A DNA stretch of 33,670 bases from a virus (lineage: Duplodnaviria > Caudoviricetes): positions 1-33,670 of IMG/VR virus record IMGVR_UViG_3300044657_000837. One strand, 5' to 3'. Within the stretch, counting starts at the first letter, position 1. Each line of letters opens with the position of its first letter. Shown one piece after another: positions 26,102 through 33,670 of this stretch. A program made the position numbers and the translations under genes. Under the pieces are notes generated by a model that saw only the letters and a program-made list of their open reading frames with translations, was not told where the DNA came from and did no database searches.

Positions 26102-26308
26102 ATGAACAACGTTAGACACATCCGGCAGACTCTAGGTCTGTCACAAGACGCACTCGCTGAAGCCCTTGGTATGACTCAAGGCAGTGTGTCGCAGTACGAG
26201 CTTGGCAGTGACATTCCACCAAGGGTGGCTCGTAAACTGATAGACGTTGCGGCCGTCCGAGGCATTGAGATTTCCTTCGACGACATTTACACATCGGAAG
26301 CCGCATGA
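26102..26308 (+). CDS. cro: Cro-like XRE-family HTH regulator
   Basis: 68 aa; IRQTLGLSQDALAEALGMTQGSVSQYELG; no peptidase domain. Confidence 0.88.
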   Translation: MNNVRHIRQTLGLSQDALAEALGMTQGSVSQYELGSDIPPRVARKLIDVAAVRGIEISFDDIYTSEAA

Positions 26309-26394
26309 GCACCGGACACAACGCGCCAGGCGTGCCGACCGTCTTCGCGCTGGTCGTGACCATCCTTCTGCTGACCTTGGCGCTGTCGCTATGA
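26305..26394 (+). CDS. Small hydrophobic peptide (29 aa)
   Basis: ATGA overlap with cro; MSTGHNAPGVPTVFALVVTILLLTLALSL. Confidence 0.45.
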   Translation: MSTGHNAPGVPTVFALVVTILLLTLALSL

Positions 26395-26438
26395 TCTCCT
26401 CCTCCCGCGCTGCCACCTCCCACCAAAGCGCGGGTTTC

Positions 26439-26466
26439 GCTGGCCCTTCGGGGCCGGCTTTTTTTT
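26439..26466 (+). terminator. Intrinsic terminator (tR1-like)
   Basis: GCTGGCCC-TTCG-GGGCCGGC stem-loop followed by T8. Confidence 0.85.
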
Positions 26467-26483
26467 CGCCTGAAAACGACAAA

Positions 26484-26813
26484 ATGGAATTCCAGATCCC
26501 GTACACCACCGATGCCGAGCGCGCAACTGCAACCGGGCCGGTTGATTTCGACAAGCTGGGCGAAGTGATCGACGGCCATGAGCCGGACTGGCGCCCGATA
26601 CGCGCTGGCGAGGACGTTGGCCACCTGACGGCCAGCCTCGAGGCGAGCGATGCGCTCATCAAACGGATGGAGGCGCAGCTGCGCTTTCAGCACGAGGTTC
26701 TGGCTGAGATTCACGAGCTTTCTGGCGCTGCATCTGGCGACGCGTTTTGCTTGATCCGCACCAAGGCCCATGTGGCCCTGCGCGCGGCCGCTCAATCCGG
26801 GCTGCTGACGTGA
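26484..26813 (+). CDS. Hypothetical protein
   Basis: ATG 26484 after terminator; GTGA overlap with next gene. Confidence 0.6.
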   Translation: MEFQIPYTTDAERATATGPVDFDKLGEVIDGHEPDWRPIRAGEDVGHLTASLEASDALIKRMEAQLRFQHEVLAEIHELSGAASGDAFCLIRTKAHVALRAAAQSGLLT

Positions 26814-27430
26814 ATACAGTCGCAGCGCTCTACGTAGAGACCGACGGGGCCTATTTCGGTTTGCCCGGCGTCGATCCGTGGGACGAGGCTCGGGACGCTC
26901 GGAAGTACGCCGGGCCGCATCCAGTGGTCGCTCATCCGCCTTGCCAGCGATGGGGCAGGTTCTGGCATGGCAGCACTCGCAAGCCGCATCAGTACCAATT
27001 GGGCGACGACGGCGGATGCTTCGATGCTGCTCTGCACGCTGTCATGCGCTGCGGAGGCGTCCTTGAACATCCGGCGCACAGCAAGGCATGGGATGCGTTT
27101 GGCCTGCTCAAGCCTGCCGCTGGCGCTGGATGGCAGAGGCGCGAATGGTACTGGGTTTGCTACGTCGAGCAGGGCCACTACGGGCACGCAAGCCGGAAGC
27201 CGACATGGCTGCTGGCAAACGTGCGCAGCCTTCCAGAGCTTGAGTGGACGAAATGCGCGCAGCGCTTGCCGGAGTGGATGGTCGAGCGCTACGGATATGA
27301 GAAGGCCAGGCGCATCGGCGTGGTGGCGATGGTCGGCGGAAAACACAAGACGCGCATTCGCAATGCCGCGCCTCCAGCCTTCCGCGATCTGCTGATCTCA
27401 ATCGCACGATCAGCGAGGACAGAGCAATGA
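26810..27430 (+). CDS. Short DNA cytosine-C5 methyltransferase-like protein
   Basis: HPPCQ (motif IV), VLEHP (motif VI-like), Q..YGH..RK.TWL (motif VIII-like); no canonical FxGxG. Confidence 0.65.
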   Translation: MNTVAALYVETDGAYFGLPGVDPWDEARDARKYAGPHPVVAHPPCQRWGRFWHGSTRKPHQYQLGDDGGCFDAALHAVMRCGGVLEHPAHSKAWDAFGLLKPAAGAGWQRREWYWVCYVEQGHYGHASRKPTWLLANVRSLPELEWTKCAQRLPEWMVERYGYEKARRIGVVAMVGGKHKTRIRNAAPPAFRDLLISIARSARTEQ

Positions 27431-27588
27431 AACCGGCCAGGTACATGCGCTCGCTGCCGCAGCTGTTGCGCAGTCGGAGCGCTCAATTCTGGCCCGTGTT
27501 GCGCTCGCTGGCTGCCGAGGAACTAGAGCGGCTTGCAGGAGAAAACTGCCGGCTTCGGAGAAAACTTCAAGACAGGAGGAAGAAATGA
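27427..27588 (+). CDS. Hypothetical protein (53 aa)
   Basis: Read manually; ATGA overlaps at both ends. Confidence 0.55.
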   Translation: MKPARYMRSLPQLLRSRSAQFWPVLRSLAAEELERLAGENCRLRRKLQDRRKK

Positions 27589-27782
27589 CCCCGCAAGAAA
27601 TGCGCGCAGCTCATCCGCTGATCAGCACGAGCCCGAACTACGTTCGGTATCTGGCGGCGAAAGCGATTCGCGAGCTTGTGCAGCGGATCACGGCGCCTGC
27701 GTGTGCGGCTGTCACTGGCTATCAGGACGAACTGAACCGCCAGCTCGACGCCGGCGCTGTGTATCTCGGTCCGGGACGCTGA
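27585..27782 (+). CDS. Hypothetical protein
   Basis: GGAG RBS, coupled overlap. Confidence 0.6.
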   Translation: MTPQEMRAAHPLISTSPNYVRYLAAKAIRELVQRITAPACAAVTGYQDELNRQLDAGAVYLGPGR

Positions 27783-27785
27783 CAC

Positions 27786-28460
27786 ATGCCAGCGACCTCA
27801 AAAATCATCTGGAGCGACGAAGAAAACGCGCATTTGATCAAGATGCGTCTGGCGAAATTCACGAATCAGGAAATTGCGGATTCTGTGAATAGGCCACGGT
27901 CGACGGTGCAGCAGCATTTGGTTGTTCTTATGGGGAAGATGGCGCCCGAAGAACTGGAAGCCATCCAACGGCAGAATCTTCGGCAGAACAGGGCAAGCCT
28001 CGACCGCGATGAGTTCGTCGCTGGACAATTCGTTCAATCCACCCGAGCGGACCCTTTCTGGACGACTGAGCGCGACGAGCAGATCGTTCAAATGCGTGTC
28101 GTCGAGAAACTGTCTTTTGCAGCGATAGGCGAAAAGATCGGCCGTCATCAAAGCTCAGTAGCAGATCGTATTCAGAAGATTCTGGCCGGCAATACTTCCG
28201 TGCCGAGATCGGCTTCGGATATAGCAGACGAGCGTAAATCGTGGCGACTGAAGGCGCAAAGCAGGCCGCCCGGGCCGGCGCCAAAGAATCCTGGTCCTGC
28301 TCCAAGCCCTCACGCGCCGTGGTGGCGTAAATGCCTCGGGGAAGGGCACAAGGCTTACTGGTGGTCCCCGTCTGCAGCCGTTCGCATTTGTCCGCGCTGC
28401 AAGAAGGACGGGAATGAGCTTGTGCGCGGCGGCACGGCTGAATTTGCGCTGCACCTGTGA
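27786..28460 (+). CDS. Tandem HTH (GcrA/Myb-like) protein with C-terminal zinc ribbon
   Basis: Two repeats WSDEE..L..M....QEIA..V.R..STV / WTTERDE.I..M...SFAAIG..IGR..SSV; RKCL..RICPRCK. Confidence 0.7.
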   Translation: MPATSKIIWSDEENAHLIKMRLAKFTNQEIADSVNRPRSTVQQHLVVLMGKMAPEELEAIQRQNLRQNRASLDRDEFVAGQFVQSTRADPFWTTERDEQIVQMRVVEKLSFAAIGEKIGRHQSSVADRIQKILAGNTSVPRSASDIADERKSWRLKAQSRPPGPAPKNPGPAPSPHAPWWRKCLGEGHKAYWWSPSAAVRICPRCKKDGNELVRGGTAEFALHL

Positions 28461-28801
28461 TGGTCAAGACTCCGAAGTACAGAGCCAAGAAGCAGGTCGT
28501 CGACGGCATCACGTTCGCGTCGCGTGCAGAGGCGCGCCGCTATGGCGAACTGAAGATTCTGCAGCAGGCCGGGAAGGTTTCCGAATTGCAGCTGCAGGTG
28601 CCTTTCGTGCTCGCTCCGGCCGTGCTGATCCGTGGCGCCAATCGCAAATCTCCGGCGCTGCGGTACGTCGCCGACTTCGTTTTCGTTCGTGATGGCGCGC
28701 GGGTGATCGAGGACGTTAAGGGCGCGCTGACGCAGGCGTACCGGATCAAGAGGCATCTGATGGCCGTGCAAGGGCTGCACATTACCGAGGTTAAAGCGTG
28801 A
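28457..28801 (+). CDS. DUF1064-type PD-(D/E)XK endonuclease (putative resolvase)
   Basis: KYRAKK..VDGITFAS..EARRY..L, YVADFV, IEDVKG, YRIKRHLM. Confidence 0.9.
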   Translation: MMVKTPKYRAKKQVVDGITFASRAEARRYGELKILQQAGKVSELQLQVPFVLAPAVLIRGANRKSPALRYVADFVFVRDGARVIEDVKGALTQAYRIKRHLMAVQGLHITEVKA

Positions 28802-29640
28802 TCGAACTATCAAAAATCCGGATTGACGGCGGCACACAGCCGCGCGCAGAGCTGAATCAAGCGACCGTTGACGAGTACCGCGACGCGTACAAGGCCGGGG
28901 CGAAGTTTCCGCCGGTCACTCTTTACTTTGACGGATCTGCGTACTGGCTGGCGGACGGATTTCACCGATTCGCAGGGGCGAAAGACGCAGGGCTGACCAC
29001 GATCCACGAGGACATCACGCCTGGCACGCTGCGCGAGGCGATCCTGTATTCGCTCTCTGCGAACAGCAAGCACGGCTTGAGGCGCAGCAATGCGGATAAG
29101 CGGCGGGCGGTGCAGACGCTGCTCGATGATGCTGAGTGGGGAGCGTGGAGTGACAACGAGCTGGCGCGTCGGTGCGCAGTTTCGGTGTCGTTCGTTGGCG
29201 ACGTGCGGAAGGCTCACTATAGTCCGACTATAGTGACAAATCCGCAACAGCGAACTGTCACGACGAAACACGGCACGACTACGACCATGAACACGGCCAA
29301 CGTCGGCAAGAAATCCAAGCCGGCCGAACCCGAGAAGCCAACAGAACCACCGCCACCGCCAGAGCCAGAATACACCCCGCTGGACGCCGCGCACGACCAA
29401 ATCAGCGACCTGCAAGACGCGCTCGCACGGGCGTCTGTCGGCGAGCTGTCGGCGGAAGAGAAGGAAGAAGCGGCGGGCCTGATCGCAAGACTGCGTGAAG
29501 AAAACAGGCTTCTGCTGGCCAGCCTCAAGGCGGTCACTGCGTCGCGCGATCACTACCAGGCAGAAAACGGCGAACTGAAGCACCAGATTCGCTTGCAGCG
29601 GCGCGAGATCGACAAGCTGGCCGGGACGAAAACAGCCTGA
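28798..29640 (+). CDS. ParB/Srx N-terminal domain protein with HTH and coiled coil
   Basis: TQPR, FPPV, LADGFHR, N..HGLRRSNADKRRAV, SDNELARRCAVS. Confidence 0.85.
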   Translation: MIELSKIRIDGGTQPRAELNQATVDEYRDAYKAGAKFPPVTLYFDGSAYWLADGFHRFAGAKDAGLTTIHEDITPGTLREAILYSLSANSKHGLRRSNADKRRAVQTLLDDAEWGAWSDNELARRCAVSVSFVGDVRKAHYSPTIVTNPQQRTVTTKHGTTTTMNTANVGKKSKPAEPEKPTEPPPPPEPEYTPLDAAHDQISDLQDALARASVGELSAEEKEEAAGLIARLREENRLLLASLKAVTASRDHYQAENGELKHQIRLQRREIDKLAGTKTA

Positions 29641-29677
29641 TTCAAGGCAGCGACACCGGCCGCTATGTCGGTAGAGG

Positions 29678-31177
29678 ATGAGCATGGAACTGGTACTCAG
29701 AGCGCATCAGACAACGATCCTGGACAAACTCCGGCACGGGTTCGCGGCCGGCAATCGCGCGCAAGTGCTCTACGGCCCGTGCGCATTCGGCAAAACAGAG
29801 GTGGCAATCAGCATGATGCACGCAGCGGCACAGAAGGGGCGACGGTCGGCGATGGTGCTCGATCGGCGCGTCCTCTGCACGCAGACAAGCGCGCGGCTGT
29901 GGAAGTACGGAATTGACCACGGCGTGATGATGGCCGGCTCTGATCGGTGGCGCCCGGACCAGCGGATTCAAATCTGCACGGCGCAGACGCTGGAGAAGCG
30001 TGAAGGATTCCCGGGCGTCGACCTGCTGATCATTGACGAGGCGCACTGCATCCGCAAGGAAACGGCGGAATTTATCAAGAACAATCCGTCGGTCAAGGTG
30101 ATTGGCCTGTCCGGCTCGCCATTCACGAAAGGCATGGGCACCGTCTATTCGAGCGTGGAATCTGCCGTGACGATCGATGAGCTTGTCGCTCAGGGCTGGC
30201 TGATTGCTCCTCGGGTGTTCATCGCGACTGAGATTGACATGACCGGCGCAAAGAAGGTAGCCGGCGAATGGTCAGCGGCCGAAACGACGAAGCGAGGGAT
30301 TCAGATCACGGGCGACATCGTGGCCGAATGGGTTGCGAAGACGAACGAGATATTCGGCGGGCCGCGCAAGACAATCGTGTTTTGCTCTGGCGTGGCGCAC
30401 GGGGAAGACCTGTCTCGGAAGTTCGCTGAAGCCGGCTACAACTTCGTTTCGATCAGCTACAAGGATGATGACGATTACAAGGCAGAAGTGCTGGCGGAGT
30501 TCGACAAGCCGGATACCGACATCAATGGAATAATTGCCACCGACATATTGACCAAGGGCTTCGACCAGTCCGACGTTTTGATCGGCATATCGGCCAGGCC
30601 TTTCAGCAAGTCATTCTCGAGCCACGTGCAGCAAATCGGCCGCGTCATGCGCACGTTTGAAGGCAAGACGCAGGCGATCTGGCTGGACCACTCCGGCAAC
30701 TATCTGCGCTTCCGTGATCAGTGGGACGACCTTTGCGCAAATGGCGTCAGCGAGCTTGACGACGGCGCAGAGAAGCCAAAGCCGGAACCATCAACGCTCG
30801 AAAAAGAAAAAGCCCGCTGCCCCCGCTGCGGCTCGCTCTGGCCATCTCGCTCCGACACCTGTTCGCATTGTGGGCACATGCGGGCGCGGCGATCAGAGGT
30901 GATCGAGACAGCCGGAGAGATGCACGAGCTTGGCGGAAACAATGCGAATCGCAAGCACTCTGCGGAATATAAAGCAGATTTCTACGCGCAGCTTTTGGGC
31001 TTTGCAGAGGCGCGCGGGTACAAGCCTGGATATGCCTTTTTTGCGTACAAAGACAAGTTTGGAGTTCAGCCGTCCATGACCAAACCGGCCCCGCAGACGC
31101 CGAAGCTGGATGTGATCAACTTCCTTCGCTCTCGGCAAATCGCGCGGGCGAAGATGGCGCAGAAGGCTGCCGCATGA
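29678..31177 (+). CDS. Superfamily 2 DNA helicase (DEAH, RadD/YejH-like) with zinc finger
   Basis: GPCAFGKT, IIDEAH, GLSGSP, LTKGFD, QQIGRVMR, CPRC..CSHC. Confidence 0.93.
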   Translation: MSMELVLRAHQTTILDKLRHGFAAGNRAQVLYGPCAFGKTEVAISMMHAAAQKGRRSAMVLDRRVLCTQTSARLWKYGIDHGVMMAGSDRWRPDQRIQICTAQTLEKREGFPGVDLLIIDEAHCIRKETAEFIKNNPSVKVIGLSGSPFTKGMGTVYSSVESAVTIDELVAQGWLIAPRVFIATEIDMTGAKKVAGEWSAAETTKRGIQITGDIVAEWVAKTNEIFGGPRKTIVFCSGVAHGEDLSRKFAEAGYNFVSISYKDDDDYKAEVLAEFDKPDTDINGIIATDILTKGFDQSDVLIGISARPFSKSFSSHVQQIGRVMRTFEGKTQAIWLDHSGNYLRFRDQWDDLCANGVSELDDGAEKPKPEPSTLEKEKARCPRCGSLWPSRSDTCSHCGHMRARRSEVIETAGEMHELGGNNANRKHSAEYKADFYAQLLGFAEARGYKPGYAFFAYKDKFGVQPSMTKPAPQTPKLDVINFLRSRQIARAKMAQKAAA

Positions 31178-32001
31178 GGTTCGAAGAGTTCGCAGCCGCA
31201 CACGGCCTGCTGCTTCGTCACGTGGAGACAGGCAAATGGGTCCGCGTGCCGACCGCTGACCACCCTGGCAAAAAGAACGGCGCCTATCGACACATGGGCA
31301 CCCACGCGCACGTGCAAAACCACGCCACGATGGGGGAGGTTGCTACCTGGTTTCCGGACTCGTCAGACGACATCCGGATCGACGCTGATGCCATTCGCAG
31401 GCGATGCGAGAAAGCCGCGCGAGAGCTACAGGAAGGGCGCCAGAAGGCTGCAAAACGCGCCGCCGATATGCTGCGTCAGTGCTCTCTGGAGCGTCACGCG
31501 TACCTCGACGGCAAGGGCTTTCCGGACGAACGCGGCAATGTCCTTGCGCTCGACTCGGGGCCGCTGCTGCTGATCCCGATGCGCGTCGCCGGCCGGCTTG
31601 TCGGCGTGCAGACGATCACAGCCGACGGCGAGAAGAAGTTTCTCTTCGGCCAGCAGTGCAGCGGCGCCGAATACGTAATCGACAACAAGGGGCGCGATTT
31701 CTTCTGCGAGGGCTACGCGACCGGGCTATCAGTCAGGGCTGCACTGTCGGCGCTAAAGATGCGCTACCGGGTGCATGTCTGCTTTTCGGCTCACAACCTC
31801 GCCAAGCTGGCAGGCGCTTGCGAGGGCGGGATTGTGATCGCGGACAACGATTTGAGCGGGGCCGGGTTGAAGGCTGCAGAGCTATGCGGCCGGCGTTGGA
31901 TAATGAGCGACATGCAGGGCGAGGATGCAAACGACTGGCATAGACGCCTCGGGACATTTCGATTCGCTCAGGAATTGCGGAAGGAATTGGCAAAGATTTG
32001 A
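31174..32001 (+). CDS. Toprim-domain primase-like protein
   Basis: HAYLDGKG, LLIPM, GVQTI..DGEKKF, CEGYATGLS, IADND, DAND. Confidence 0.9.
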   Translation: MRFEEFAAAHGLLLRHVETGKWVRVPTADHPGKKNGAYRHMGTHAHVQNHATMGEVATWFPDSSDDIRIDADAIRRRCEKAARELQEGRQKAAKRAADMLRQCSLERHAYLDGKGFPDERGNVLALDSGPLLLIPMRVAGRLVGVQTITADGEKKFLFGQQCSGAEYVIDNKGRDFFCEGYATGLSVRAALSALKMRYRVHVCFSAHNLAKLAGACEGGIVIADNDLSGAGLKAAELCGRRWIMSDMQGEDANDWHRRLGTFRFAQELRKELAKI

Positions 32002-32009
32002 TGCAGCAA

Positions 32010-32290
32010 ACGGCGCCGAGTAGTGAGGGGTAACCGCTGAACGGCGGCGCTGGAAGGGCCACAAGAAAGTGACGGGGTGGCAGCGTGGGTGGATTTCAGA
32101 GCGTCGTCGGGAATCCGGATTTTGCGGACTGTAGCCAGTCTCAAGCCTGCAAAGCAGCAGGCAGCAAATGAGGCAGAAAGTCTGGAATCGCCGCAGCGAG
32201 GGGCCGGCTCCGTCGGGCAATCTCGTAAGGTAAACGCCATTCCTTTGGGATGGGTTCGCCTTTCGCTCAGGGCCTCACCATCGGGCAATT
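32010..32290 (+). other. Structured intergenic element after primase (candidate ncRNA or origin)
   Basis: ~320-nt gap with several hairpins and a TCGGGCAAT direct repeat. Confidence 0.4.
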
Positions 32291-32325
32291 GATGTTTTGG
32301 GTATACCTAGACAGGAAGGCGGAAT

Positions 32326-32472
32326 ATGCAGATTGCAACCAGCCAATTCATCCTCGGCCAATACGTCCGAATCATCGGCACGGATGAGCGCCTGACCGTC
32401 GGCGCAATCCGTGACGGCATCCTGTTCATCGGCGGGCAGTGGTGGCCGGCTTGGATGGTGGAGGCGGCATGA
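32326..32472 (+). CDS. Hypothetical protein (48 aa)
   Basis: Read manually: MQIATSQFILGQYVRII...; ATGA overlap with next gene. Confidence 0.6.
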   Translation: MQIATSQFILGQYVRIIGTDERLTVGAIRDGILFIGGQWWPAWMVEAA

Positions 32473-32681
32473 TTACGAGAAACGACATTGCGGCGGTGAC
32501 GGCAGGCAGCGACGAAACCTGGGATAACGTGGCGATCGCTCTGGCATCCTACTTTTCGGACCACCTCGATCGGCCAGAAGACGACGAGGAAGGCGAAGAC
32601 GGGTGGGGCGTATGGGTGATCGAGCAGACGAACATCACGCTAGACGCGATCGCCGCGAAGTGCAACGAGAAGGCAGCATGA
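32469..32681 (+). CDS. Hypothetical acidic protein
   Basis: GGAGG RBS, coupled overlaps. Confidence 0.65.
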   Translation: MITRNDIAAVTAGSDETWDNVAIALASYFSDHLDRPEDDEEGEDGWGVWVIEQTNITLDAIAAKCNEKAA

Positions 32682-32992
32682 AGTTCAGCGCATGGCAAAC
32701 CAGCCACAAAGCCCCGGACATCACCGAGGCGCACCACTGGCGACAGAGCAAACTGATCAGGAATCAATCGGTCAGCTTGTGCTGGCTGGTGGCGCATGAC
32801 AAGTCGCTGGTGGCTGCAAACGAAACGGCGCCGCGGTGCTTGGCATGTGTGTGGATGGAAAAATTGTGCGAAAACGAACTCAGGCTCAAGGTTGAACTGA
32901 GAGACATCAGCAGTGCTCTCGACGATCCGCGCGTGGACAACACGATCACCGCGGCGGATTGCTTGTTTGCGTTGCGGGGAAGCCGGCAATGA
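32678..32992 (+). CDS. Hypothetical protein
   Basis: ATGA overlaps at both ends. Confidence 0.55.
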   Translation: MKFSAWQTSHKAPDITEAHHWRQSKLIRNQSVSLCWLVAHDKSLVAANETAPRCLACVWMEKLCENELRLKVELRDISSALDDPRVDNTITAADCLFALRGSRQ

Positions 32993-33219
32993 TCTGCACA
33001 AACACGGAAAACGTCCTGGCTCGCAAGGACCACGACTGCCATAGCTGCGGCGAAGCGATCGAAGCCGGCCAGACGTACAAGCGGTGGGCGTGCTTTGACA
33101 ACGGCAGCGCAAGCACGGTCAAGATGCACCCTGAGTGCTACGACGCGCACCAGGCGGAATCAGATTACGGGACGTGGGAGTTCACGCTGTATGGCCATCC
33201 TAGAGGGTCGGCGGAATGA
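32989..33219 (+). CDS. Small zinc-binding phage protein
   Basis: ARKDHDCHSCGE.I..GQ.Y...HPEC pattern. Confidence 0.7.
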   Translation: MICTNTENVLARKDHDCHSCGEAIEAGQTYKRWACFDNGSASTVKMHPECYDAHQAESDYGTWEFTLYGHPRGSAE

Positions 33220-33282
33220 AGCGCGCAGACTTTCAGGCCGGGAGGCGCTGCTGTGAATGACGACCAACAAGGAGGACAGAAG

Positions 33283-33555
33283 ATGCACATAGAAAACGAC
33301 GAACTGCTGACGTGGATCGGGGAAACTCTAGAGCAGATGGCGCAAGAGCAAGGCCTGATTGTGACCAAGTGCCCGCACTGCGCATTGCCCGTGCGATTCC
33401 CGCTGGTGGCGCGACAAAGTGACATTGATCTGTTTGCCGCGCTCATCCACTCGGCTCAAGAAGTCATGCAGCGATACGGCATCACAGGCGCTCTGCTGGC
33501 CGACATCCGCGCAGAGTGCCTGATCGCGATTGCCAAAAAAGGCGGCCATGACTGA
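33283..33555 (+). CDS. Hypothetical protein
   Basis: AAGGAGG RBS before ATG 33283; CPHC motif. Confidence 0.6.
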   Translation: MHIENDELLTWIGETLEQMAQEQGLIVTKCPHCALPVRFPLVARQSDIDLFAALIHSAQEVMQRYGITGALLADIRAECLIAIAKKGGHD

Positions 33556-33670
33556 CGACCAGCGCGAGCAGTACGAGGAGCGGGCCGGCATCCTGGAGTT
33601 CTGCGCGGGGATGACGCGCGAGGATTCGGAACGGGTGGCTATGGCAATGGTTTTGAGAGAAGGAAAAGGT
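33548..33670 (+). CDS. Hypothetical protein, truncated by window end
   Basis: MTDDQREQYEERAGILEF..GMTREDSER; EERA.I.E motif seen in phage primase-associated small domains; no stop in window. Confidence 0.6.
   Translation, partial: MTDDQREQYEERAGILEFCAGMTREDSERVAMAMVLREGKG

Noticed and set aside
25856-26119. Minus-strand 87-aa ORF as CI repressor
   Set aside because: No HTH or S24 peptidase motif, and it runs through both promoters.
26247-26483. Upstream extension of ORF 26247-26813
   Set aside because: Overlaps cro and crosses a clear intrinsic terminator; ATG 26484 preferred.

Overview
Most of the genome of a GC-rich, lambda-like long-tailed (siphovirus-type) dsDNA phage, read in virion orientation. 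The host is probably a proteobacterium (inference from composition and gene style only). 41-19643 (+) is the morphogenesis arm: Nu1-like TerS, GpA-type TerL, Mor-like activator, gpW-like protein, lambda-type portal, a low-GC SGNH hydrolase, a protease-capsid fusion, head-tail and tail genes with a -1 frameshift chaperone, tape measure and tail-tip proteins. 19685-19709 is a tRNA 3'-end att-like core. 19768-25437 (-) is the early leftward arm: GIY-YIG/HTH, HNH, coiled-coil protein, YqaJ-type exonuclease with an unusual partner, and small ORFs. 26102-33670 (+) is the early rightward/replication arm: Cro-like HTH, C5-methyltransferase-like protein, DUF1064-type nuclease, ParB-like protein, SF2 helicase, Toprim primase and small ORFs. 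The layout is that of a temperate phage, yet I see no integrase beside the att core and no CI repressor opposite cro. Instead a ~560-nt, densely base-paired non-coding leader follows the leftward promoter and is the best candidate for an undescribed RNA-based system. Two more structured intergenic elements occur at ~24600-24700 and ~32010-32290. No endolysin is recognisable, and the window ends inside an ORF. Family assignments come from motif recognition by eye, not from database searches.
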